NCBI GenBank assembly: GCA_040954595.2
Contig: CM082597.2
Span: forward strand, 2,186,835 to 2,250,834
Direction of reading: 5' to 3'
Origin: Balanoglossus misakiensis
Lineage: Eukaryota; Animalia; Hemichordata
DNA: 64,000 nucleotides
The first letter of the stretch is position 1. The number at the start of each line of letters is the position of its first letter. A program made the translations under genes and the position numbers. Of the stretch, positions 1 to 27,889 are shown in pieces. The notes beneath the pieces were generated by a model. The model made no database searches, was not told where the DNA came from, and saw only the letters and a program-made list of their open reading frames with translations.

Positions 1-36
1 ATGCGTATCGACATGAGCAAGGAGATATAGACTTAC

Positions 37-13272
<13,236 letters not shown>

Positions 13273-13620
13273 TATTGTAAAAGATAAGCTGCAAAAAATA
13301 ACAAAAAAATGCACGCACATTAATTTTGCTACAAGCGTAAGAAACATTACTTACAATGTATGCATGCATGTGTGTATCATATGTGTGTATCATAGAGGGA
13401 TGTGTATGTTTATCGATATACACAAATTCCAGGGTCTCATAAATGTCACATCTCCACGTGAACTTGACATTGCCTAGTAGAAGGTCCAATGACAGAAATT
13501 GATGATACTCGACGAACGACAAAAGTGTGATAAACAGACTTATTGAACCATAACGACGCAGCGCAAATAAACACGAGTGTCGACGTCGAATTCGTTTTAG
13601 CCGCCGTCACTCATCTTACC
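13273..13620 (-). other. Probable 5' UTR intron and upstream non-coding exon boundary of the SRCR gene
   Basis: A polypyrimidine/acceptor (ttttttgcag, AG at 13290-13289) lies 16 nt upstream of the ATG. A candidate donor G|GTAAGA has its GT at 13619-13618. There is no transcript evidence. Confidence 0.4.
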
Positions 13621-15289
13621 GATGCCTCGTTGATACGGAGCGCACGTTGGCGACAACTGGAGCAAAGTTGGACGCTGTGTGGACTACAGGCATGGCTGGG
13701 CTCACAGAACAGACAGAGCGTTGCTTCTAGTAGCGCTAGCGCAAGCCAAGTAGCACTTTGTGATAGGCCCTACGGTTCTACTGGAAGATCAGATATGTCA
13801 CTTTGGCAATTAACTTTCTCAACACGGTCGCCTCACTTAACCTTGCCGCGACATAACATACCAACGCGCAACCCGAGATTGTTCAAATCACGCAATACTT
13901 TTCCCGCGCCAGACCACGTGTTCGCGAGGAACGAAGACGTCTTTTCGGGAGCCGGGCGAGATTTATGAAACCTCTCCGACACAAGAGAATATTTCTTGCG
14001 GTTGCAAGATTTATCAGACAGGCATGATGCTATGCGTGTGTCACAGTAACAAGCATAATATCGTACAACTACGCCTTCGAGATTTTTTGCATCTCAAGTA
14101 ACGATGTCGAGGTTAATGCTAAATATCGCTGTGACAAATTGAAAGACGATCCGACACGTTCTGCTTGCAATATTACCGAACATACCCGACCTGTGACGAG
14201 GGCCGGGTCAAGATTCCCGGATGCGCGGCTGACGAAACTATTTCCATTCCTCGTTTCAAATGAAAAAGAGACCAGTTGACCCCCGATGGGAAAGGTCGAA
14301 TTACGAGGAATTAGAGAAGCAATAATTTTCTCTCAAGACATAATTCTGGGTGGTATGGCGAATCATTCTTTCCTTGTCCACTAAGCGTATTGCCGGGACT
14401 ACTGCCGTCGGTTTGAATGTCTTTTGAGAAACATGCGTACGTCGACCACAAGAATTGATTGGAGGACTTTCAGACAAGGAATGTACCGTTTTAAGTCACT
14501 CAATACACGTAATTTATCTCTCCGATATCATCAAGGTTCTTAAATAGCCATTTCCACACCAGGCTGAGGTCTACCAAAAATCGAGGTTCTTACGTTATCT
14601 ACACATCAAAACAACTCAAGTTTCTAACTTAAAGTATTTGAAGAAACCAAGTCTACCTGAGGGACAGTAAGAAAATCTGGCGCGTCGGAACATTTCAGAT
14701 TTTCAGTTAAAAGGGAGATCAGGTTCGGTTGACTGACAAAAAACATATCACCATATATTGCCGACAGTTGGAAGGCGACGGTGAAGTAACTTGCTCGAGT
14801 TTTCTACGTGCGTTGATACACGGTCATCAGAACGAAATGTTTAGATAATAGCACGTAATAAACATAACATCTTTCATAATTTGGATAACAAACATTTTTG
14901 TTTAAAATATGCTAGGCCAGGGAGAGACCGTTGTTAGACTGAGATATTTCGTCTTAATTAATGAGTTCCATACTGACGCAACGGCAAATCACTAAAGAGC
15001 TCTGTCCACGCATTCCACGTGGTTTATTTTTGCTCGCGTAAAAATTTAAAATATTAATAATTTGCGTCACTGCTCAGGGGCGATGTAATAATCGATTTCA
15101 CAATTGTAAAATTAGACCCAATGCGCGACGTGCCAGGTCAATAGGACAAAAAAGAAAAAACCTGAGTCATTTCAATTATCACCACAAGGCATCAGCCTGG
15201 GTAACAAGTAAAAACAAAAGAAATGCAAAAATATTATGGTAGATGTATTGACAAAACCAAGACTAAAACAGACAAAAATTCACATACAT

Positions 15290-15375
15290 AATTATGTATA
15301 TACATGTACATACGTACGCACATACATACATACATACACACACCTACACGCGCGCACACACGCACGCATACATGC
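15290..15375. repeat. (ACAT)n/(CA)n low-complexity repeat
   Basis: Visible directly. Confidence 0.8.
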
Positions 15376-18300
15376 ACCGGATACAGGTACATGTCCCATG
15401 ATCGACTCTCAGACTGGACGGACACGTTGAACAACCATACACGCTTTATTCTTAGCCCCGTTGGTAGTGACACCTGGTCACGTTATACATGTATTACGTA
15501 ACAGCATCGATAAGCATTCATGACACCACTTACCACCCATCCAATCGGCCACCCAAACCATCATCATAATTGGTGAACCAAACTCGTCTCTTTCTACACA
15601 TCTTTCCCACGCATTCAAACCCTTGCCAGCTTTACGTGTTCGTCTGCACACAATCGGGTCTTCGCGGTTGAACCCACCGAGGATGAGGCGACATGTGCAC
15701 CGCGTCAAACCCCACACCCTGTAAGACATCCACGTCACCCGTGACAGCTCGGCTGCTCAAATTTATTTTCATAACAATGCGAGGAGCAAGACTTCCCTGG
15801 CTGCAGACACTTTTGGCATAATTAAACAAACAAATACGGCACAACTTCTGGAATTCACTTGTTGCATGGAGTTCACCCGCGTCTAATTGGACTTACGTGC
15901 TCAAAGACACACATGTGGGCGCCTTGAGAACGGCGAAGATTAATTTGCGCGTTCGTTAACTATATTTGGACTTCCCCGTCTAGGAACCCTGGCGATATAG
16001 CCACCTTGAACCTTCGCCTTGAAACAACAATGAACACCCGGCTTGATGTCTATCAGCTAGAATGAAATGTGGTCTTATATGCATCATTAGCTGAAGAAAA
16101 GTCTGTCAAATACCGAAACGGCGTACCAAGTATCTGTAGGTGCGCATGTGCACACACCTGTACCAAGCAGTGCTATACAGCGCCCTCTATGTTTCGCCAC
16201 TGAAACGACCACACGCATATTGAGGAGTGAGGACTTAGACATTCATAGATGCAAAAAAACAGACTTATCAAAGAGAGATATAGCTAATAATGATCGCCTA
16301 CGTCTGCCACTGTTTACATTCATTTGGGACGAATTACCTAATCGGAAACTCTATTTAAACAGTCGAGTTGGTCTGCCTTAGAATTTGATCACACCAATGG
16401 CCGGCCAATCCGGTGCATTCGCTCGCGAAATTAGAAGTGTTTCATTTCATTTCATTGCATTCCGTCACCGTTCTTTCGAGGAAGTTATTAGATTATTCAT
16501 TCCAAACATAATTAAGGGTGATAATCACCAACAAAGATCAAGGAATCCGTTATGGGTTGACCACTGAAATATCCACTTGAAGGCATGTGACATTAACTAG
16601 CGCAGTTGAAATTTTTCTTTGGTCGGTGCCGTGGTCTCAAAATTTTTGGCCAATTTCTTCTGGTTACGCGTTTGGTTATGTCGGAAATTCCATAGGCTCA
16701 TAAACTCAAGAGACAGTTTCACATTGATAAAAGCCGGTCCCTAACTAGACTATGGGTCCTTCAAAAGGTCGCTTAAGGACACTATCGCACGAGGTGTCAG
16801 TTATCAGCAATAAAACCAAATTACGTGATCGCCGCGAGTCTCGTACTTGACCCGAGAATTCCTCGCGCTGACGCGACCGTTACTCGTCGCCAATAAAAAT
16901 GTGTTTTTAGTGCTTTACGATTATGATCCATTTTATTTACTTTGTGTTTGTTTGTTCTTAAATCGCCTACTAAATTATATATCCCCCACCTGACATTAAT
17001 CATGGTGACCGACAGGCGACATTTTGCCCCTTCATAACCGCAACTGGTCGCCGAAGGACATTTTTTTCGAAAGTGTCGGCCATCTGTGGGGGCGGGAATT
17101 TTTTTCTCGCGTACAGCGTTGATTTATAAACACTGTTGACTTTCATTGCTTCTACTTTGCCGTCTCCAATACACTTTTTGCCGGCACATGTATACACTAT
17201 AGTCCGCATGGATTGTTCGGCACCGATCGTGACAAATTCGGGTGTGTCCGGTGAAAAATCTGGACTGAAAATTTCAATAAACGTCCATTTTCTTTGATTT
17301 TCCTGCGATACATATAAGATACATGCGTATAACATCTAGTACGACATTCCCTGAAATTGTCATTTGATTTTGAAATGCCCTTTAACCACATAACCCCAGC
17401 TATCTGTACCATCCCGATCGATATTTCAACCGTATTGTGTTTATAACGGTGACACATACATTGAGGTCTTCAAAATAAGTGGGTCGGGCTGCACTGATAG
17501 CATTCTCATGAAGCGCATCGGACACTTATGATGTTGATCTAAAACTGATATCCCAGTGGCGCATATATTCGTCAACTTCAAATTGATCTCCCGGTGGGAC
17601 ACATTTTTTGTCTTCGCGGCGTGAGATTCTCCTCAATGTCAACATCCATATGTACTCGGCGGGAATAAATTTCAATATGTCTGGGGTCGCGTTAACAACA
17701 TATTTAAACTTCACCGGGTACTTATTTTTGAAAGGGAACGGTACTTTTCACAGCATAGGGGTCCAATGTTGTACATCTATACAATGGTCTAAACTTTCGG
17801 TAGGGTGGAGTGGACATGGTCTCTATGTAAATGATCTACCGTAACGCCAGGTCGTTAGATCGGTGACCAAAATCAGGGGTGGGTAGGGGTGGGGTGAGAG
17901 TGGGGCGGTGATGTGGCGGACCTGGGTAGGTCTGGTCACACTGGTCTGCGTGGCCGCCTTGCCTGAAGCTGTCCGCCACTCAAACGACATGAAGCGACAC
18001 ACGACACGCATACTTTGCAGTAGCCAATCGACCAAATCCACAATCGAGAATTCCCCTGCATTCAACGGTAACAGAGACTCTTCAATCGCTGATTATATGA
18101 TTTTTGTGGACTCAATATCCATGGGCGCTGCCGTCTCAGACAAGGCTCCGCGATAGTTAATCTGTTTTATACGACGTTAATCCGTCGACGCTCTCGACTG
18201 CGCCGATGGAACAGAGACACGTTTTACTGAAGTGAAATTGTCCATAAAATCCGCTGACAAGACCTTGCCTATAACCGGTCTAAATCAAGCTCTGCGCAAG

Positions 18301-19522
18301 TGGCTCTACACTATCTTTTGCATAAAGTAGAACAGAAGAAAAGCGTCCCTACAAATATTAAGCAAAATCCGTCCTCACCTTAGATAAACTGTCACAGAGT
18401 CGAAACTATTCGTTGTCCGTGTACTTGCTCTTCTTCGGAAAGTCCCAACGTACGATTAACCGCACAGAAGCACGCAAAGAGAAACGGCTAGACAGTCCTT
18501 CCGAATACGTGTGCAAATCCTGTTCGTGGTGACCCCAGTTATAACTCTGTTCTTCGCAACAACTTGGAGAGCTTCGTCGCAGGCCTACCATCGAAAAAGA
18601 AAACACGACGTTAAACGGTTATTTCGCAACATAAATACGCTGAGGCGCACAGGCCATAATTTTTTATATATGTAAATTTAACTCCGCGACCGGAGTTTGT
18701 TTATGTGCATAGGTAAAACTTTATCCAATCGCCTGCTCACTGTCCCGGTTAAAGACTACCCCTGCATGTAAACTGTCTTCGGCTGGGTAGATGAACTTTT
18801 GCACTGAATTCATAGCGACAGCGCAAGTCAGTGGTTGAAACTAGAGGTTATCTATTCGTTGAAGGAAAATTATTTCGAGGTTGAAACCTGATTATCCTCT
18901 TTGCGCTTGCAGATTATTCGTGGCATACAAGTGAACTCATTTTCAACCATGTGAGATCAGGTGACATGCGTCCGTCTAGTTTTATTCGTTAATTAAATCA
19001 TCAAAATATAACAAATTTAGTTATTAAACGATGTAGTTTACTTATCTACATAAAATGGTGTTATTATCTCATAGAAGTGTGTGTTATGGACGTAACAGGA
19101 ATATGCAGCATGAGATAAAGTCCAAACGATATCTAAAATAGTTTGCCGTTTAGACAGGGTGTCGACATTAACACTTTCGATAGAGATAGCAACGCGCCGT
19201 CGACGGAAGGGTTGTCATGGCAATACGCTATGCTCATCCAGGGAGACGCGGAACAGCTGACGTCAACTATGCGGAGAATTTTCTTCATATCGAGGGGGTG
19301 TCTCATGTAGTGTGTGGCTGAAATAGGAATCTTGAACTCTAGATTTGCCCCTCTCCGCGCGAAACGACAAAAATCACATGTAGACCAACACATCCAGCTG
19401 TCCATAGTGAAACAAACGTACTGCACGAAACCAAATCGAAGTTTAAGACACGAGGGCGCTACTTGGCAGTGTTTAAACACTTTCACGCAAGAAAAGTTGA
19501 CGATAGGCTATAAGGCACACAC

Positions 19523-19538
19523 TATCTATCTATCTATC

Positions 19539-19569
<31 letters not shown>

Positions 19570-19603
19570 CATCATCATCACCTTCACCTTTACCACCACC
19601 ACC

Positions 19604-19655
<52 letters not shown>

Positions 19656-19686
19656 CCATCATCATCATTATCATCATCATCATCAT
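19523..19686. repeat. Compound (CTAT)n-(ACC)n-(ATC)n microsatellite
   Basis: Visible directly. It produces the spurious poly-P/poly-S ORF. Confidence 0.95.
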
Positions 19687-20220
19687 TTATTTGACCACCT
19701 GTCCAATCTCCAAAAAAGGAGAAATACTAGACCAGGTCTCTAGCGTCAAAGGTAAGGGTCGTTCCACGTATACGGCCACATGCTGCCTATCGTACGACCC
19801 ATTCGTTTGTTTTCCTGTCTGCCAAACTTTCCGACTGGATCTCTTCAAAATCAAAAGTAAATTCTACAACTGCTTGTAGTGTAGCCATCTGACGTATTTT
19901 CGAACTACCGAGGCGGATCGGTGCATTCTGATTGGTCGGCAAAAAGCAACATGCAAATTTAAGACTCGAAAAAGACAACGCTGTCACTGTATCTTAAAGA
20001 ATTATATCCCGCCTCAAACTTATCTGTTTAATTTCAGTCTGCTGAAATATTCTCTTGTTATCAACAAAACTGTTAAATACAAAAGCGATATACTACCGCG
20101 CACAAGAAGCCGACTCCACTAACGGGCATTGACATCACGTGACCAGGGCTGTTGAAATTTTCTCATGGGATGGTATTTGTATTATGATAAGGCATCTATA
20201 TCGATCATTATTTGTTTAAC

Positions 20221-20566
20221 TTTCTTGCATTGTAGATTATCTTAGATCTCCGTGGGGTAGCGCTGATTTCAACACATGATTTGGAGACATGGTATCTTGA
20301 TGTTCTGCGATATCTCAAAATACGCTTGAGTAGACGCTGGCGCTCGGGGCGCCAAACAGAAATTGTCGAATTTGCTAAATATTCTCAGAATTTCTTGCAT
20401 TATAGATTATCTTCGAACTCCGTGTGGTAGCGCTAAATTCAAAACATGATTTCGAGATGATCTTATCTTGATATTCCTGTGGTATCTCAAAGCACGCTTG
20501 AATAGCCAATGTCGCTCAACTCACCAAACAGAAATTTTCGAATTTTACCGAATTTTCTCAGAATTT
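20221..20566 (+). repeat. Two diverged tandem copies of a unit of about 170 bp
   Basis: tttcttgcattRtagattatctt...ccgtg.ggtagcgct...ccaaacagaaatt.tcgaattt...ttctcagaattt is repeated at 20221 and 20391. Confidence 0.85.
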
Positions 20567-21650
20567 CAGTTTAATTTGATATACAGTTAATGTACGCCGT
20601 GATTGAATATCTGTCTGCCAAGTAATATGGGCGGAGTGTGAGAAAACTCAGTGGTTTATGCGAGATTTTCCCCTGGGATGTTTCCTCAAATAAAATGGCG
20701 CGGTCGAACGTCTGGCAGTTAAGTGGTTTAATTCGTCCCCCGAGAACTAATACTTTTTTGAGTAGGCCAGTGAGACTAATCTAGATCCTCGATAAGACGG
20801 TATACAGTGTTAGCAAAATCTTCCAAGTAAAGGAATCCATTTCTCGCATCCATGCGTGTCTGTCATCACGTTGTTTATTATGTCTGCTAAATCATTTTCG
20901 TCGGTCCACCGTTTTCCGGGCGGTGACGTCAACAGCCGCGACGACAATTTCGGCAACACCTACATTTAGTTGGAAAAACAACTGGTAAACTAACCATTTC
21001 TTGCAAGTCATATGTTGTATTGTTTGTACATACAACCCTAAAACTCGATGCCGGAGTTACTTTCTCGATGATACTGCGTCATCATCAGCTGATCTGTATA
21101 TTGTTCCTACAAATAAACTCGGGTAAGATTCCGTTGATTTGGTCAATTTAGTTTTTGCGGGTAAACAGAAAAGTGTGAATGACTTCCAGGATGTTACAAA
21201 AATAACCATTTAACAAAACAATGAGGGTATCGCCCCCTAAAAGACCTTTCACGCCATACTGATCAATAAGTTCAAGTTTACGACATCCGCATAACACTAC
21301 AATTTGGCTTCTACCGACGATTTTTTCGGCACTGTTATTTTTTCAGTTTCCGTTATTTAGAACTGATGTTTATGAATTTATCTCGTTCAATAATGCAACC
21401 ACTTAGTCTTTGTGATAACGAGCGCCATTGAGATAAAATTTATTGTCGTGTCAAGTACGTCTGTGTAAACTTGAAATCCGACAGAGTTCGTCGGCCAATA
21501 GACAATTGTTCGCCCATTGCGAGATCTCGCGAGACTTGGTTTATTACCGTAGCAACGGTGTGCTGGCCAAGTAATACAAGTCAGGTTTTTTTACGAAACT
21601 AGCATAGGTCCATGCAGTTTAATAAATGTTGTGATATTTGTTCAGTTTAA

Positions 21651-21836
21651 AGGTATACAGTCACCTTCAACGTACATACGCCCATATATGGCTGAAATGG
21701 CGTATTTGAGCGTTCTAAAAGAACATATGGCGGCGCTCTTTTTTTCGCGTGTGCCACCCACTGAAAATCTGTGATTGGCTAGATCTCAGTTTACCATGGT
21801 AACTATAGGTAATTTTCCATAGGTGACTGTATACCT
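21651..21836. mobile_element. 186-bp MITE with 16-bp TIRs and TTAA target-site duplication (Kolobok-type termini)
   Basis: TTAA|AGGTATACAGTCACCT ... AGGTGACTGTATACCT|TTAA. The TIR is perfect, with TTAA at 21647-21650 and 21837-21840. 5'-RR...YY-3' ends with a TTAA TSD are the Kolobok convention, whereas piggyBac ends start CC. Confidence 0.85.
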
Positions 21837-23472
21837 TTAACACGGTGGGCCATGTGTTGTTTGTTCCGTTTCACATGAGAGAGTCTTCCGGGGCTGCCTA
21901 GCCATCCGAGACCTCTCGGGGTCTCTCGGGAATCGGAAAATGGCATATTGAAAATCATTCTCGCGAACCAACGCTTCCGATACGTGACGAAATCTTGTGG
22001 ACGACAATATCAACTATTCAACGTTATTTTACAGTTGAATCTTTTGACGTCATAACGATAAATTCATCAAGCAAAAATTGATTTCTTGCGACTGGAATGG
22101 ATCGCGTGATGACCGACATAGAAAGTTGAACGATTTGGCGCCAATATTCTATGAATAATGTACCTGAAATAAATCATTAAAGCCTCTCTTTCTGATATGG
22201 GCCTCGTTTAACTTGTCAAATACAATTTATGCAGTTACTAAAATGAGATTTTCGAAGTTAACGCCTTACTGCTAGGCGTGGAATGTGAAATTTTCACATC
22301 TGACGAATTTTATGTCTGATTACGAAGCTTTTATGTGCTTCAACTTGACTCAACAATGCAACCAGATAATCTCTGAAAAACGATAAATTGTGTTTGCGAG
22401 GGAATAGGAGAATGATGGACAGGTCCCCCACGTCGTTGCTGATAAATCGACCGGCCGACAATACCACATCCGGGGAATTAAGATTGATTTTAACCCAGAA
22501 TGCAATGGTGCTGGAAGTAGATTTCTGCCTACTTTTGTTCCCGCCATTAAAAGTAAAGAAATGTCTAGTTATACATGATCACAGCTGAGCATATTATTTT
22601 GTTGCTGAGAAACAAACGAAAAATAAAGGGACTTTCTCGAAGGAAAAGACTGTGTTGATAAGTGGGATAGAGACCTCGGGGATTCGCTTCACTTTCTTTA
22701 TTGCAAAATAAACCTGTCAGCAGACGATAAAATCTGAGATGGCGTGTTTATTGACTGACACGTGTTGAGCTGGCTCTCACGTGACAGTGCGTGCCCGCCA
22801 GTGCAGTTCGTCTGCCCAGCTGCTTCCGAATTGCGGTTTGCTGTGCGGCCTACAAAGAAAGCGACGACAGAATCTGGGCTTTCCAGCGCCAGGGTGGAAC
22901 ATGCTGGACAGCCCATGTGACGCAAGTTTGCGTCTCATCATGTGTCGGCTGTTAAAACGCCCCCGTCTAAACAGGGTGAATATCCCTCAGAAGGAGCATA
23001 TGGTTTACAGATCTTGCTAATTCTCGCACAGGCGCCAGTGTTCTGTTGCTATGCCTACAAAGTCATGCAACATACTATGTGTATGCATGCATGTATGTAT
23101 TGCTGAGATTATTGTGTACGTTGCTGTGAATGGTAGAGGAAATAATTAACAAACACTGCAGTTTATACGAAGTGTCAACTTAGAATGCAAAGCATGGGTG
23201 GCCATTCTTTATGGTGGTATTTAGCCGAACTGATCGCTTTATAGGATCTCGGGTCATCGAATAAAATGTTTTCGTTTATGCAATTTTATTATCGTACATT
23301 AAAATACAATAGCGCCAATGATGTTCTGACTTCTTAAGTAGGTCAAACTGAGGTCACTGAAGTTACATTGTCTATATCTGAGGTCTGAGACGTGTCATGT
23401 GAATCGATGGGAATGTAGGAAATTTTGTCTACTTTTTCGACCCTATGTGAAATCTATGTTTCAGACTCTGTA

Positions 23473-23570
23473 TTCTCTCTCTCTCTGTCTCTCTCTCCAT
23501 CTCTCCATCTCTCTCTGCCTGTCTCTGAGTCTCTATCTATCTCTCTGTCTCTGTCTCTCTCTCACTCTCG
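23473..23570. repeat. Degenerate (CT)n microsatellite
   Basis: Visible directly. Confidence 0.85.
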
Positions 23571-25274
23571 TATTTTCTGCCCACGCCTGTAAGCTTAGTA
23601 TAGAACGCCTCGTCCATAATGATGTCAAACCGATGTGAATGTCCAGCCGCGCGAAGTCATTAACAGCAGAAATTGAGAATGTCAGACCAAATATCACGCA
23701 AGGATAATTGGGCTGACTGTAGGAATTCGGTTGAACAAACTTGGCCACGTTAACAACAGATCGAATTGTTCTGTTGGTTGAGTAAATTAGACAGAAACTC
23801 AAAGCCATCTCAAGTATGTTGTGGGGTGAATGTACTGAAGGGTTCACTGCATTGAACACGGCCATGGTCAAATAAACATCTTGTCAGGCTCTCATTAATC
23901 TCCACATGTTCTGGTAAGTTTGAAAAGTATAGCCACTGTATGTGTGAAGGCGTTGACAGCCACACACGGAGACCAGTAGACTTGACGAACAGGCTTTAAA
24001 GCGTGCCGGTTCCTGGAAGTTAGAGAGAGAGAGTGACAGACAGACAGAGACAGACAGACAGAACGGAGATTGAATCAGACTTAGAAGCAGTCACAGACAG
24101 ACAAACCACCCTACTTTATATGCGGGAATATAAATTTGCCAATTCTGAGAAATAGAGCGTTGTACTCTTAGACTATTATCAATGTTTGACACTCGTCTGG
24201 TATCCAACTATTCAACCCGGCGTCGCTTTGAAATTAAGCAAAGTACCGCGTGGACCAAGCCATCAAGTCGCCTGGTGTAAACCTTGATGACGTCACAGCC
24301 CCACGCGTAGCGATCTCGGACATAAAAGATGAAATGAAGCCTGGCTTTATCACCGCTAACCGTCGTGCCAGAAATATAATGGGGCCAATAAAATCAGAAA
24401 GAAAATACAACGATAAAAATTCATTAATGCAAACTACTCGTAAACTTTTAACAATTTCCCCGTCCCGTGACACAGAATACTGAGACACCACAGATCTCAT
24501 ATGAAGGTCAAATAAAATAAAAACTGAAATTATTATGGAGAGCGGAGACACTGAAACATTTTTATAAATGAAGGACCAGACATTTTTTTCAATCAAATGT
24601 AGTATGTTTATCCCAAATTACATCATTAAACAATGGACTTTTCCCCGAAATGATAAATCTTTTTTTTTTCATTATACCTGCCTTATATCAAGTAGCGCTA
24701 ATTTTGTTTAGTCTGTCGCTGTGTGGCAAACACTATATACTTTACTTTTGATATTTTATTCAGATTTTTTTTTTTATATTAGTTTTGAGTTAGTACAGTT
24801 TCTTCGACAAGTTCGCTCTTTGCTGTACGGACGGGTTACTCACACAAGTCAGTGTTTAATTCGGGTCCAGAACTTGATACACGCGCCGCGCTCTTAAACT
24901 TCGTGAACTTGTCACATAAATATTGACCGTCGGCGCGTCTCAGAAACCAAACCGGACTTTTATCGCGACTGATAGCGCTTCGGCGCGTGAGAACAGAAAT
25001 GAAACAGTCACACGTGATATAAAAATGGCGACAAACGAGGTGATAAACTGGAAACAAGCGATCTACGTTGTTTCGTCACAGAACCAGTCTTTACTTGAAT
25101 GAACTTCGGGGCCAATCGGCCAGTCATCGGATTTAATCGGCATCCCGTACAGTTTTCGTCACAGTAACCAAGAGAATGTTATAACGCCGCCAAGAGTCAA
25201 TCTTTAAAAAAAAACAGTATTCGCATGTGTACCACTGAGGGCTGAACATCTCGTGATGTCACTATGTCACCAGT

Positions 25275-25455
25275 TGGTTGGTGTGGCTGGTTGGCTATGA
25301 CTGACTGACTGACTGACTGGTTGACTGACTGACTTACTGACTGGTTTGCTGGCTGGCTATCTGAGTGAATGAGTGACTGACTGACTGGTTGGCTGGCTGG
25401 CTATATGAGTGAATGAGTGACTGACTGACTAGTTGGCTGGCTGGCTATCTAAGTG
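25275..25455. repeat. (TGAC)n/(TGGC)n tetranucleotide compound repeat with higher-order units
   Basis: The unit tgactgactggttggctggctggctat.tgagtgaatgag recurs. Confidence 0.85.
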
Positions 25456-27889
25456 ATCAACAAAATCAAACGTTCCTACCAGTTCGGTCGACAAGGGCGC
25501 TTAACCTGAAAATTGACACATTGTCACGTTGTCCTCGAGCGTCTTGCGATAATTAAGATGTGCGCTTTGATTACCTATTTACGCTCATCAGTTGCTATAA
25601 CTCACGGTTCTATAAAAACTTCCCAGGGTTGGAAACATTTATCATTTTACGGGGGGCTATCTCCTTGCACTGTGGGAATAATGTAGCGACGTGTCCTGTA
25701 ACACCATTAAAGGGGAGCGCTATTCAACGTTTATTGAGACGCCGTCCACGCCGGGAGTAACACTATCCCGAGTGGAATAAAAGACATAGCCGGGGCAACC
25801 GCACCTTCCGATAAAGTATGGTCCCGTTATATTGTGACTTTTTGACCCGAAAGTCGCTGACAAAGAGCATGAATAGGGAAGCGCTGAAAGCAGGTTTATC
25901 TGTCTGTGTTCGTCTTTTTTCAACTGGAGAATCAGCGGTGGTCATTTACGCGCCGCGTTGCAATTGTTCGGCCATTAAAGCGATTGGCAACAACTCAGGA
26001 CGACCGCGTAAGTGGCCATTTAACAGTTTTCTGCGACCATTGTTATGTTCCGTTATTACCGTTAAACTCCTCCACGTCGACATCAATTATCGTACATCAT
26101 CGGATGGCCTGCACGACACTTTGTGACCTGTCAAATTTATGGGTGACATTCCCCAGTCCAAGCTGTGAATCGCCGAGCAGCGAATAACTGTTTCCCAACT
26201 CGCTGCTCGGTTCATCGTTCGGCTTTTTTACACAAAAAAGAAACCCTTCATTTTCCCTGCGTGAAGGGCAAAATCATTTGCATTGTTCCACGGGGGTTTA
26301 ATTATTTCAGTTTCCGGTCTTCCGGATGTGTTGTTAGCTCACAGGTATGTGATAAACATGTCAGTTAAATGACGCTACAAAGTCACTCTTATACAATACT
26401 TTCGCATTCACAAACATGCAAATTGTATAGTCACCTTGAAATCGTCAACTCTTTGGTAATCATTGGGGAAAACAGCTTATATAAAGGGAGATGCGCAAAA
26501 CTAACAAACGACGCGCAAAAACAATTCATGTGAGTGTTTATACTTGATTCTAAGTGGATTATACGCGGATTAGGGCGATAAACTGATCATCATAATCCTT
26601 GATTATCCGAGAGAGCTGCTTGATATTGCTGCCTTCGTATGCCATGGGGTTTTAGAGAGAGAGAGAGAGAGCGAGAGAGAGCGTGTGGGCGTAACATGCA
26701 GGCTATGGAAGGACACGTTTTGCGTCAACCAGTCGATTTAACACATTTTACATAAAACAATGCGAGTTATGACATAACACGCATTGTGTTTTTCGTTATC
26801 CGGATGCGGGTCTCACTATACTAGTACTTTGCACTTACCGTAAAAGCCATTGTCAAGGCCCGCTGACCTTATTTCACTTTCACACAGACATCGGTTGTGA
26901 TACAGTGACATTTTCTGGAGTCTTGGAGTGGGGTTGTAACAGGTAATCTTTTCGTCTTCTCTACCATTCAACACGGCGACAGTTTCTGTTGGTGAGTATT
27001 ATTGGAGATTTAGCTGAATCATCATGTTATGGTTGAATATGCGAGCGACCGCTGATATATTAACGCCCAATACGTAAACCACGCTGACACACACATATCC
27101 ATTGGTGGGTGAAAATCATTTTATGTATATGGCCGATTTTTCTCATATTGTTTCCAACAACAAAAATCGGGACAAGGGACAGCGTACACTCTCTATAACA
27201 GTACACTGTGGTTCTAAAACAGGGGGTTTATCCACAGACCGCTGGTGGCAGCCGACATTCCCAGCTGGCATGTTTTGTCGTGGTTCATACATTGTCTTGG
27301 TTTATGCAAAACGACACGTCACGTCGCAGCGTGGCGCAAGCAGATATGATGTGACGTCAAGCGAGGTGTTAATCAACACGAATCAGGTGGTTTGTGGAGA
27401 TGTACCCAGCGTGCATTGCTTCAAGCTAAAGAAACCGTAGAAGTACATGATGCACGTATCTGCCTGTCTGTTACGTTTGCCTCATCTATCCGTCCATACA
27501 TACATGCATATATCCCTCCATACATTTACCTACTCTACCAGCAAGATATAACCATAAAAACAGACCTGTCAGTACATTTGTATGTACATTTGTATTCGCA
27601 GGATAGGTTAGCCTAACACATTTTACACAATTAACACAATTAAACTTCCCTGGTTAAATTATCAGAAAATTCAACAGCAAAATGCGCTAACACTTTCGAG
27701 ACTCGACGCCAACAGTACCGGTTCTAGCTAACAGTCTACTCCCTCAACCCACCTGCCGAAAGTCGACTGCCTACTGCTTTTTTTCCCCTCCCCTTTTCTC
27801 TGTTGTTTTACAACCCCGTTGGTCCATATGACATTCCATGCAAATTATTCAGCGGGCCGTGAAGTCACCTTTTCAAGCCACATAACAGT

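Noticed and set aside
19314-19694. ORF ending in IYLS repeats, poly-Pro and poly-Ser
   Set aside because: Microsatellite artefact.
13700-27800. Search for a hidden gene, transposase, reverse transcriptase, or pri/tarsal-less-type repeated small ORFs in the 14-kb intergenic region
   Set aside because: I saw no ORF with recognisable domains, no consistent exon chain and no repeated LDPTGxY-like peptides. The region looks like repeat fragments and regulatory DNA, but short exons cannot be excluded by eye.
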